From IMG/VR virus record IMGVR_UViG_3300045988_136903: 34,655 nt of DNA; one strand, given 5' to 3'. The notes beneath the pieces are model-generated. The model was given only the letters and a program-made list of their open reading frames with translations, was not told the DNA's origin and searched no databases. The position numbers were made by a program, and so were the translations under genes. The stretch's first letter is position 1. Each line of letters begins with the position of its first letter. The DNA comes from a virus. Positions 17,905 to 25,703 of this stretch are shown here, piece by piece.

Positions 17905-19092
17905 ATGGGAACTGCCAAGAAAAGAGGTAATGGCGAAGGAACCATATTCAAAAGAGAAATAAACGGAAAAACATATTGGATTGCAGAATACACTATTGCA
18001 ATGTATGATAAAAACGGAAAAAGGAAACGAAAGACTATTTCAGGTAAAACTAGACAAGAAGTAAAAACAAAATTAGAAAAAGTTATTACAGAACTGAATA
18101 CAGATACTTATGTAGATAAATCAAAAGTAACATTTTATCAAATAGCAAAAGAATTCATTGATACTGGTTATAAAATGAACAAATTAAAACCATCATCATA
18201 TAAAAGGAAATTACATACATTACAAGAAATTTCAACACATTATATAGCAGAAATGGAACTACAAAAAATAACCGAAAATGATTTAAAGGATTTCTTTGCT
18301 TATATAACTAAATATTCTAATTCTACTATTGCTAAAATATATGGAATTGTTAACCATACTTTTAAAATAGCAGTTAGAAGAAATATATTAAGATATAATT
18401 TTTTAGATGATCAATTAGAATTCTCTATTCCTTATTCTGATATTAAGGATAAAAAAGTTTCTGCTCTTACTATTGAAGAACAACAACAGTTTATAAAAGC
18501 AATGAAAGAAACAAATTGTAGATATAAATATCAATTTTTAGTAAGTTTATTCACAGGAATGAGAATGGGCGAAATAAATGCATTAGATATTGATGATATT
18601 GATTTTACTAATAAAATTATTCATATAAGAAGAACTATAACTCGTGGATTAGATGAAAGAGCAATGATAGGAACCTATACAAAAACAATAAATGGTACTA
18701 GAGATATAATAATGGATAGCCATGTAGAATCTATTTTCAAAGAATATTTGTCATCATCTTATTATCATGAAAATGATATGCATTTATTATTCTGTAATTC
18801 TAGAAAACAATGTATAAGTACAGATACAACTAATATGATGTTCAAATATATTTGCGAACAATATAACATTGGCAAAGGTTATGAATTACATCAACACATG
18901 TTAAGACATACTTTTGCAACTAGATGCATTGAAGCAGGAATGCCTGCATCTGTTTTAGCAAAAATAATGGGACACGCAAATGTGTCCACTACACTAAATG
19001 TTTATTGTGATGTTTTTGATAAGTTCAAACAAACTCATATTGATTTATCATACAATTATCTAAAAGAAAATGGCTTAACAATGGATTTTTAA
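17905..19092 (+). CDS. int: tyrosine integrase
   Basis: HMLRHTFATRCIEAGMP...GHANVSTTLNVY catalytic region (R, HxxR, Y). Confidence 0.85.
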   Translation: MGTAKKRGNGEGTIFKREINGKTYWIAEYTIAMYDKNGKRKRKTISGKTRQEVKTKLEKVITELNTDTYVDKSKVTFYQIAKEFIDTGYKMNKLKPSSYKRKLHTLQEISTHYIAEMELQKITENDLKDFFAYITKYSNSTIAKIYGIVNHTFKIAVRRNILRYNFLDDQLEFSIPYSDIKDKKVSALTIEEQQQFIKAMKETNCRYKYQFLVSLFTGMRMGEINALDIDDIDFTNKIIHIRRTITRGLDERAMIGTYTKTINGTRDIIMDSHVESIFKEYLSSSYYHENDMHLLFCNSRKQCISTDTTNMMFKYICEQYNIGKGYELHQHMLRHTFATRCIEAGMPASVLAKIMGHANVSTTLNVYCDVFDKFKQTHIDLSYNYLKENGLTMDF

Positions 19093-19243
19093 TTATAACT
19101 TTTTTCAGCCACCATTTCAGCCTTGCGAAATAATTTCAACATATTTTGTATTTATTTGAAAATATGATAAAAATGTAAAAGTCTTTAATATGTAGGGTTT
19201 GAACTATTTTGAAATCAACTCATAATATGTTCAAATCCTATTA

Positions 19244-19313
19244 TTATGCCTGTTTTTGCCATCCGATTGAATTCTTTTCCGTCATATTCTATTGTTAATT
19301 TTATATTTCTCAT
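19244..19313 (-). pseudogene. truA: truA 5' fragment (tRNA pseudouridine synthase A N-terminus), likely marks attP
   Basis: MRNIKLTIEYDGKEFN then C-GGA TGG CAA AAA CAG = GWQKQ in the +1 frame, then stops; matches the conserved TruA N-terminus. Confidence 0.55.
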
Positions 19314-19351
19314 ATCTACTCTCCATTCGCTTTTACGATTTTTTATTATAT

Positions 19352-19543
19352 TTATTTATTATTCTTAATCTTTACTTTTTCAGCCTTATTACAGCCGTGC
19401 CAATCTTTAAAATTATACCCATCATCAAATCCCATCTTATATATAAATATAGTATATCTTTTAAAAATCATCAATAATATTTTATTTTTAAAATTTAGTT
19501 TTCTACTTATATATAATAAAATGTTTTGTTTAACTTTCTTCAT
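19352..19543 (-). CDS. hypothetical 63-aa protein
   Basis: Strong AAAGGAGG RBS before ATG 19543. Confidence 0.4.
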   Translation of the reverse strand: MKKVKQNILLYISRKLNFKNKILLMIFKRYTIFIYKMGFDDGYNFKDWHGCNKAEKVKIKNNK

Positions 19544-19686
19544 AATATACCTCCTTTATAGAGATACCTCTTATATACATTATATCATATTATGTTAAAC
19601 AAAATAACTATTCTTGGTGTTATGTATTATCTTCTATTTTCATTGATATATCTGTATTACATAATTCGACAATTTTCGACTTTTTA

Positions 19687-19878
19687 CTATTTTAAATCTC
19701 TAATTAAACTATCCAAATATTCTGAACTTGTACTAGTAACATTATTTCTAATTTTTTCTACATCCTTTTTTTCATTTTCTAAATATTTTTTTATATCCTT
19801 AATATTCTCTTTATTATTTATTTTTTCTATTACATTATTTATTATATCTAAACATCTAGAATATCCTTCTTTTCTCAT
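19687..19878 (-). CDS. hypothetical small protein
   Basis: GAGGGTGG RBS before ATG 19878; divergent from the XRE gene. Confidence 0.4.
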   Translation of the reverse strand: MRKEGYSRCLDIINNVIEKINNKENIKDIKKYLENEKKDVEKIRNNVTSTSSEYLDSLIRDLK

Positions 19879-20015
19879 TATAACCACCCTCTCAATTATA
19901 TACCATTTATATAACATAGACAATAGGTATCATTCATTTCACTTAATGCTAGTATAGTTAAAATAAAATTAACTTTATTCTAAAATAATTATATAAAAAA
20001 GATTGGAGGTGTGAA

Positions 20016-20240
20016 ATGATATATTTTAGAATTAACGAACTACTAAGGAAAAATAAAAAGAGTAAATATTGGTTTATAAAAAACATGGAAGGAGGATATC
20101 AATCATTATCTCATCTTATGAATAACGAAACTAGATCAATTCATTTCGACACATTAGAAAAAATGCTAAATCTATTTGATTGTGAAATTGGAGAGTTAAT
20201 TGTTATAAAAAAAGATAAAAGAAAGGATAAAATGAAGTGA
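20016..20240 (+). CDS. XRE-family HTH regulator
   Basis: 74 aa, Cro/C1-type HTH; GGAGGTG RBS. Confidence 0.6.
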   Translation: MIYFRINELLRKNKKSKYWFIKNMEGGYQSLSHLMNNETRSIHFDTLEKMLNLFDCEIGELIVIKKDKRKDKMK

Positions 20241-20632
20241 GTAAATTATTAAATCAATTTAATGAATTAAAAAAGCAAGATGCATCTTCAATATATATTT
20301 TCAGAGTTGGAATCTTCTATAACATACTGAATGAAGATGCACACACTTTAAATGAGAAATTAGGATTAAAACTCACATCTTTGAGCCCTGAAATTACAAA
20401 GTGTGGTTTCCCTATTTCTTCACTAGATAAATATACCCAAAAACTTGATAAAATGCAAATAAAATATAGTATCATTGATAATCTTACAGATATAACTATT
20501 ACAGATTATTCTAATAATATTGAATTTAAGAAAATAATCAATAAAATAAAGTCAATAGATATTGATAATACTAATCCAATTGATGCTCTAAATATTTTAA
20601 ATGATTTAAAAAATAAGATTGAAAAAATTTAA
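20237..20632 (+). CDS. mini-MutS: MutS domain I-like protein without ATPase domains
   Basis: LLNQFNELKKQDASSIYIFRVGIFYNILNEDAHTLNEKLGLKLT...CGFP...YTQKL parallels MutS MMQQYLRLKAQ..LLFYRMGDFYELFYDDA...LT..AGIP; GTG start overlaps the XRE stop (GTGA). Confidence 0.55.
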   Translation: MSKLLNQFNELKKQDASSIYIFRVGIFYNILNEDAHTLNEKLGLKLTSLSPEITKCGFPISSLDKYTQKLDKMQIKYSIIDNLTDITITDYSNNIEFKKIINKIKSIDIDNTNPIDALNILNDLKNKIEKI

Positions 20633-20652
20633 GGAGGGATTTTATCCCTCCT
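20632..20652. terminator. bidirectional terminator between convergent genes
   Basis: 9-bp stem AGGAGGGAT/ATCCCTCCT, 3-nt loop, T-rich flanks. Confidence 0.7.
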
Positions 20653-20656
20653 ATTA

Positions 20657-21655
20657 TTATTTTAATTTTCTATTTACTATTGCTTGAATATCACTATAAT
20701 TATATCCTGCTGCTTGAAGTTTTGCTTTTCTATCTGCACCATTTCCCCATAATCCTTTTATAACTTCATCAGCAATGGTTTCGTTAGACTTTTTATTAGA
20801 AACAGGTTTTGCACCTAATTTTTGATTAACAATAGATTGTATTACATTATAATTGTATCCTGCTTGTGTTAATCTATTTTTTCTATCTTCTCCATTACCC
20901 CAAGCACCATTTATTACTTCTTGTGCAATAGTTTCATTTGATTTAGTATTATTTTTAGTTGTTGAAGATGAACCATTTAATTTTTTATTAACAATATTTT
21001 GAATAGTATTGTAATCATATCCTGCATTTGCTAATCTGTTCTTTCTGTCATTTCCATTTCCCCATTGTCCTGCAATTACTTCATTTGCAATTTCTTCGTT
21101 TGATTTCTTTCCTGAACTTTGACTAGGAGTTGAAACATTACCACCATCTAATTTAGCATTTACAATTCTTGCTAATTCTGGTAATTTACTTTTTAAATAT
21201 GGTCCAGGGCAATTTGTATTTGCAAACATATCATGTCTTGTTAAACTACCATTTTTTGTTCCATCATAACTTAATCTGAAACCATATCTTCTACAAATGT
21301 CAACACAAAGATTTATTAAGGAATTCCATGCAGCATCTGATATTGTCCAATCTCCACCTGTTTTATTGTTTGAAACTTCTATTGTGATTGATTGGCAATC
21401 ATTCCAACTAGAACTAGATGTCCATGCCCTATTATTTTCATCAACACAACCTACTATTCCACCATCATTTCCTATGCAATAATTTGCACTTGCTTGTCTG
21501 TTTGGATTTTGGAATATTCTTGCACATTGTTCCCCACTTAATACACCTGCCATGTGATGAGGAGTTATTTTGCAAACTTTATATCCTTTTCTACCATTTG
21601 TGTAATTACTTCCTGATGCTAAAACTTTACTTTTAATTAAACTTGAAAATCCCAT
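20657..21655 (-). CDS. endolysin: N-acetylmuramoyl-L-alanine amidase (Amidase_2/PGRP) + 3 CW_7 repeats
   Basis: N-terminal amidase region (ITPHHMAG, TIEVSN); three repeats of ...VIxGxWGNGxDRKxxLxxAGYxY..IQ..VN.KL. Confidence 0.8.
   Translation of the reverse strand: MGFSSLIKSKVLASGSNYTNGRKGYKVCKITPHHMAGVLSGEQCARIFQNPNRQASANYCIGNDGGIVGCVDENNRAWTSSSSWNDCQSITIEVSNNKTGGDWTISDAAWNSLINLCVDICRRYGFRLSYDGTKNGSLTRHDMFANTNCPGPYLKSKLPELARIVNAKLDGGNVSTPSQSSGKKSNEEIANEVIAGQWGNGNDRKNRLANAGYDYNTIQNIVNKKLNGSSSTTKNNTKSNETIAQEVINGAWGNGEDRKNRLTQAGYNYNVIQSIVNQKLGAKPVSNKKSNETIADEVIKGLWGNGADRKAKLQAAGYNYSDIQAIVNRKLK
20660..21103 (-). repeat. three tandem CW_7-type cell-wall-binding repeats (coding)
   Basis: Repeated about 48-aa units visible in the protein and the DNA. 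Confidence 0.7.
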
Positions 21656-21729
21656 TATTCTTCTCCTTTCCCATTTGATAATTCTTGTTCCATCTCTGGT
21701 GTTAAAGTTATTTCTTTGTTTTCTTCCAT
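21655..21729 (-). CDS. 24-codon upstream ORF coupled to the endolysin start (TAATG)
   Basis: AAGGAGG RBS, MEENKEITLTPEMEQELSNGKGEE; its stop overlaps the endolysin ATG. Confidence 0.3.
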   Translation of the reverse strand: MEENKEITLTPEMEQELSNGKGEE

Positions 21730-21746
21730 TTTGAAGACCTCCTTAT

Positions 21747-21784
21747 AAAAAAATTTACTGGAAGAAAAACAATAATTCTTCCAG
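21747..21784 (-). terminator. hairpin + U7 between holin and endolysin
   Basis: 9-bp stem CTGGAAGAA/TTCTTCCAG (21758-21766/21776-21784) then TAAATTTTTTT on the minus strand. Confidence 0.45.
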
Positions 21785-21816
21785 TATTTTATAAACACCG
21801 TAATTTTTTTACGGTA

Positions 21817-21996
21817 TTATTCAGATTTGTTGGAACTTCCTTTTTCAAATTGAGTTCCAAAATAAAAAGCAATGATCATTAAATATATTTGTTCAATATC
21901 CATCTGACCGACTATTGCCTTATATGCTACTACTAATGTTAGAACTATTGTAACGATGCTCTTAACATTTATCAATTTTGCAATTTTTTCTTTCAT
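21817..21996 (-). CDS. holin (59 aa, below the ORF-track cutoff)
   Basis: AGGAGG RBS; MKEKIAKLINVKSIVTIVLTLVVAYKAIVGQMDIEQIYLMIIAFYFGTQFEK: two TM segments and the YFGTQ motif of clostridial-type holins. Confidence 0.65.
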   Translation of the reverse strand: MKEKIAKLINVKSIVTIVLTLVVAYKAIVGQMDIEQIYLMIIAFYFGTQFEKGSSNKSE

Positions 21997-22006
21997 AGTA
22001 AACCTC

Positions 22007-22300
22007 CTATTTTAAAACAAGAGCAATAATCGCACCGACTATTGCTCCTACTATTGTTTTTATAATGGTATCTACAACACTTTCCCATTTTTTTTGTGGT
22101 TTTTGTTCTATACTTTCTAATCTTTCATTCATTTTGTTAACATCTTCTCTATTGGCTTTTGTTTCCATTGCTATTTCTTTTACTGCAATTGTCAATTCTT
22201 TAATTTCGCCAATATCATTTTCTAATTTATCCAATCTATGATGTGCTGATTTACAACTATCTTTATTTTCGATTATCATTTGAACATATTTTTCATCCAC
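22007..22300 (-). CDS. xhlA: XhlA-like lysis-associated membrane protein
   Basis: N-terminal coiled coil + C-terminal TM (IIKTIVGAIVGAIIALVL); position before the holin, as in PBSX. Confidence 0.55.
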   Translation of the reverse strand: MDEKYVQMIIENKDSCKSAHHRLDKLENDIGEIKELTIAVKEIAMETKANREDVNKMNERLESIEQKPQKKWESVVDTIIKTIVGAIVGAIIALVLK

Positions 22301-22330
22301 TAGACATTTCTCCTCTCTCGTAAAATTTAC

Positions 22331-22358
22331 AAAAAAATAGAACGATTATTTATCGTTC
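22331..22358 (-). terminator. rho-independent terminator after xkdX
   Basis: 7-bp stem GAACGAT/ATCGTTC then U7 on the minus strand. Confidence 0.65.
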
Positions 22359-22362
22359 CTAA

Positions 22363-22497
22363 CTATTTATAATCTTCTCCTGTTATTTCTTTATATTCTT
22401 TATTTGTTATCCATTTTCCTACTGCGTTATATACTCTTTTTTTACTCCATATTCCATTATTGTAATATGTTTTTACTTTTTCAAAATTCTTACTCAC
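22363..22497 (-). CDS. xkdX: XkdX-family small protein (44 aa)
   Basis: GTG 22497 with GGAGGTG RBS; SKNFEKVKTYYNNGIWSKKRVYNAVGKWITNKEYKEITGEDYK matches the XkdX pattern. Confidence 0.6.
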   Translation of the reverse strand: MSKNFEKVKTYYNNGIWSKKRVYNAVGKWITNKEYKEITGEDYK

Positions 22498-22498
22498 G

Positions 22499-22822
22499 TT
22501 ACACCTCCAAATCTACATCAGTCATCATTGCAAGATATTCGATGTTTCCTTGTATTTTAGCCATATTTATTTCTTCCTGTGATAATTCTCTTAATACAAA
22601 ATAATATCCATCTTCATAATGAACTATTTGCACTAATTCCATATTTTTATATTCATTAACAACTTTTTTACCATCTTCTATCCCTTCTATTGTAACCTTT
22701 AATAATTTTCCATCAAACATCTCTTTCTTAATTTCTGTCTCTGATACAAAATTATTTCCATTTAATCTAAGGTTTTCAATTGTTGTTCCATCAGATAGTG
22801 TAATTTTCCATGATTTTTCCAT
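22499..22822 (-). CDS. hypothetical tail-associated protein
   Basis: AGGAGG RBS; 107 aa; overlaps the RT 3' end by 61 nt. Confidence 0.5.
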   Translation of the reverse strand: MEKSWKITLSDGTTIENLRLNGNNFVSETEIKKEMFDGKLLKVTIEGIEDGKKVVNEYKNMELVQIVHYEDGYYFVLRELSQEEINMAKIQGNIEYLAMMTDVDLEV

Positions 22823-23886
22823 TTTATTTTCCTCCTAAACAAATCATAATATAATTGAGACATATTAGTTATCTGTTGCCTAGACATATTTTTATAATTT
22901 CCTGAAATCCAACTTTTAAATATATTCTCAATTTCTTCATAATTTAGTCTATTATTATCTAATAGCCTTTTATATGCTTTTAACTTTCTTCTTTGTCTAG
23001 TTATTGCTTTTGGACTTATTCTCCTTATAATTCTTCCTGTTTCTGTTAATTGATAACTTAATTGCAGAATTCTAAAAGGTTGTGATAATTTTACAATTCT
23101 TGTTTTTTTATCATTGATTATCAAACCCAATTCATTAGCAATAACTTTTATTTCTTTTTGTAATTGTTTTAAGAATTCCTTATCCTTATGAATGATATAA
23201 CTATCATCTGTGTATCTTCCATAATATTTACATCCTTTTACTATTTTTATGTAATTGTCAATTTTGGATGGATAAGCAATCCCTATATTTTGTGAGGGTT
23301 GACTTCCTATATCTACCCCTCTCCCATTTTTATTATCTACATTATAGACATCAAATAAATTTTTTAAAATCCACATAGTAATTTTTGCTTCTTCAGGGTT
23401 TACTTTTCTTAAAAAATATTGTAACTTCTTTAAACATAAATCATGAGGAATACTTGCATAATATCCGCTAAAATCAATTAACAATATGTATCCCTCATTA
23501 CTTTTATATTTTCTATAATATTGATGTAAGTGTGTTTCAAATCTTTTTCTATGAAAAGCCACACCTCTATTCTTTTGACTTGCACCATTATCATAGATTA
23601 AATATGGAGAAATAGCTGGACTTAAAACATTATCGCAAAGTAAATGATTAATTGTTTTATCAACCATATTATTACTTGTAATATGTCTTATTTTTCCTCG
23701 TTCATTTATAGTAAATTTTTTTCCTGCTACTTGTTTATATTTCCACTCTTTCAAATCTTTTAAAATTTGTGCTGTTTCTATCAAATGGTTCATTTCGAAC
23801 AATTGTGATTGATATTTAAAAGGTGCTCCTTGAATTGCCTTTGTTCCAGCTTCATAAATTTTATTTGCATCATAAAAAATATTCAT
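22762..23886 (-). CDS. DGR reverse transcriptase
   Basis: IGSQPSQ ([LIV]GxxxSQ, 23290-23310), YTDD (23203-23214), LLIDFSGYYASI motif A; probable ATG 23886 (the ORF is open to 23928). Confidence 0.9.
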   Translation of the reverse strand: MNIFYDANKIYEAGTKAIQGAPFKYQSQLFEMNHLIETAQILKDLKEWKYKQVAGKKFTINERGKIRHITSNNMVDKTINHLLCDNVLSPAISPYLIYDNGASQKNRGVAFHRKRFETHLHQYYRKYKSNEGYILLIDFSGYYASIPHDLCLKKLQYFLRKVNPEEAKITMWILKNLFDVYNVDNKNGRGVDIGSQPSQNIGIAYPSKIDNYIKIVKGCKYYGRYTDDSYIIHKDKEFLKQLQKEIKVIANELGLIINDKKTRIVKLSQPFRILQLSYQLTETGRIIRRISPKAITRQRRKLKAYKRLLDNNRLNYEEIENIFKSWISGNYKNMSRQQITNMSQLYYDLFRRKIKWKNHGKLHYLMEQQLKTLD

Positions 23887-24034
23887 AAAAATCACTTTAA
23901 TAGTATTACTGGTCGTAACCAAATACATAATGATTAGTATTTATCAATTCTGCTATTGAAGGGATAATCTTTCCTTTCCTTTTCCCATATCCATACGATG
24001 GAATCAAGTCCATATAAATAAATTGTATGGGTTG

Positions 24035-24130
24035 TGAAATCAGGACGAACACCGTTGACATTCGAAGCGTTGTTGTAACTCGAATTACCATTGTTGCTGA
24101 CATTCGCGAAATTCGTAGAAGAAACGACAT
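24035..24130 (-). repeat. DGR template repeat (TR), non-coding RNA template
   Basis: 96 nt aligning to 24805-24900; AAY-rich in the target frame. Confidence 0.9.
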
Positions 24131-24151
24131 ACAAAGATTACCCACTAATTA

Positions 24152-24664
24152 TTATTTTTTTATATTTTTTAAAAACCTATTGTCAGTTTGTCGAAGTGAT
24201 TTTATCATATTAAATTCTTTTTGAATTTCTAGAACCAAATTCATATACTTATTCAAATCAGCATATAAACATTCTCCTGCATATTGCAATTCATCTTGAA
24301 GTGCATTACAACAAGCCATAGCTCTGTCCATTTCTATACGTCTTTCTTCAAACTCTGACATATATGTTGGAAATATTGTATTTGCAATTCTTAAATGCCT
24401 ACTTATTCCTGTTGCTAATTCTATTACATTGTCTGATACTCTATTTATTTGATTTCTATAAAATTTATACATATTTTCTTTTATTCTTATTTGTTCCTTT
24501 TCATCAAGTCCTTTTATTCTATTGTTTATTTTCTCTTCTATTTTTGAAAATGTTATATAAAAATTATTTTCTGCTAAATTTGTTACTGCCATTCTTATCA
24601 TATATGCATTATGAATTGTTTGCAATTTTGATTCTTTTCTTTCACTTTTCTTTATCTCTGACAT
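24152..24664 (-). CDS. avd: Avd-like DGR accessory protein (helical, basic)
   Basis: Position between VR and TR; 170-aa all-helical basic protein. The call is mainly positional. Confidence 0.55.
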   Translation of the reverse strand: MSEIKKSERKESKLQTIHNAYMIRMAVTNLAENNFYITFSKIEEKINNRIKGLDEKEQIRIKENMYKFYRNQINRVSDNVIELATGISRHLRIANTIFPTYMSEFEERRIEMDRAMACCNALQDELQYAGECLYADLNKYMNLVLEIQKEFNMIKSLRQTDNRFLKNIKK

Positions 24665-24763
24665 TGTAAAATAATACTATTTCTCCTTTTCTATTTTTTC
24701 AACAGAAATTATATCATTTTTATTTTCTTATTTTAACTATCTTGAAAGCTAACTATACTATAT

Positions 24764-24784
24764 GACAGGGCATAAAGCCCTGTC
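24764..24784 (-). promoter_or_regulatory. GC-rich hairpin 21 nt downstream of VR (DGR target-recognition type)
   Basis: 8-bp stem GACAGGGC/GCCCTGTC, 5-nt loop, no U-run after it. Confidence 0.5.
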
Positions 24785-24793
24785 GATGTCTGA

Positions 24794-25666
24794 TTACACG
24801 ATTAGGAAAGCAGGACGAACACCGCCGACATTCGAAGCGGCGCGGTAACTCGAATTACCACCGCGGCCGACACTCGCGAAATTCGTAGAAGAAACGACAT
24901 CTCTTAACCAGTACCAATATCTATCTCCAGCATCAGTTCTAGCAATAATCGAATCATGTCTTAACCTGAATAATGATAATTGAGAATTGTCTATTTGATA
25001 ATTGTTAGGAAATGTAGATCCATTTGTAGCATTTTTGAATATTTGACAACCATAAACCATTATCTCATTCATCAATTCTATATCAGAATCGTACCATGTT
25101 CCTCCGGTCTCACATCCATTTGAAACTGCATTTTGTAAATGATTTCTATGCTTTAATATGTGACTTGTTTCAAAATCATTTTTTATTACTGTTTTAAATT
25201 GTGCTAAATTTGTTTTATACATCGCACTACCAATATAAGCTCCATCAGTTATATTACTAGCATTCATTTGTGCTGTTCCCATTATTCTTTCCGGAATTAC
25301 TAAAACATGTTGTGTCTTACATTCTGTATCTCCACAATGTAATCTGTAATTTATATCTGCAACAATATATTTTCTATTACTTGTTTTTCCAATAATATAA
25401 TCTCCTACAAAAATATTATCGAATGTTCCATCAGCAACTGCTTGACTAAATGTTTTTTCATTATATTTTTCTCTACCATAAAAGTATTCTGTAATATCTT
25501 TTCCTCTATATATTGCATTATGTCCTCCTGCATTACTAGGAACTATTACATTTAATAAATTTTCTATTACTGCCTTTTTTGTTGTTCCATTGGTAGTATC
25601 AACAAATGGAATAACATCTTTTTTAAGTGGCTTTCCTTCTGTTAATTCAGTAATCTTTTTTATCAT
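24794..25666 (-). CDS. DGR target: tail-fibre tip / receptor-binding protein with a C-type-lectin-fold-like variable C-terminus
   Basis: C-terminal WYWLRDVVSSTNFASVGRGGNSSYRAASNVGGVRPAFLIV carries the VR; follows the tail fibre genes. Confidence 0.8.
   Translation of the reverse strand: MIKKITELTEGKPLKKDVIPFVDTTNGTTKKAVIENLLNVIVPSNAGGHNAIYRGKDITEYFYGREKYNEKTFSQAVADGTFDNIFVGDYIIGKTSNRKYIVADINYRLHCGDTECKTQHVLVIPERIMGTAQMNASNITDGAYIGSAMYKTNLAQFKTVIKNDFETSHILKHRNHLQNAVSNGCETGGTWYDSDIELMNEIMVYGCQIFKNATNGSTFPNNYQIDNSQLSLFRLRHDSIIARTDAGDRYWYWLRDVVSSTNFASVGRGGNSSYRAASNVGGVRPAFLIV
24805..24900 (-). repeat. DGR variable repeat (VR)
   Basis: 82/96 identity to TR; every mismatch is opposite a TR adenine. 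Confidence 0.9.
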
Positions 25667-25703
25667 AATTTTACCTCCTATTTTTTTATTAAAAATTTCT
25701 TTT

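Larger units (their letters stand above)
22762..25666 (-). mobile_element. diversity-generating retroelement cassette (target/VR - avd-like - TR - RT)
   Basis: Canonical order, TR/VR pair with adenine-only differences, DGR-type RT motifs. Confidence 0.9.

Noticed and set aside
19592-19957. 121-aa hydrophobic plus-strand ORF in the att-proximal region
   Set aside because: It has an extreme F/L/I/S composition from AT-rich DNA and no RBS. It overlaps a minus-strand ORF that does have a good RBS.
22762-23886. RT as a retron, group II intron or Abi-type RT
   Set aside because: It has a [LIV]GxxxSQ motif and an adjacent TR/VR pair with adenine-specific differences. No intron RNA domains, msr/msd-like repeats or maturase/endonuclease domains were seen.
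23906-24145. ORF-track entries 23906..24145 and 23934..24134 (79 and 66 aa) between avd and the RT
   Set aside because: They are read-through of the DGR template repeat and mimic the target C-terminus (VVSSTNFANVSNNGNSSYNNASNVNGVRPDF). They have no RBS, and the region is the TR RNA plus spacer, not a gene.
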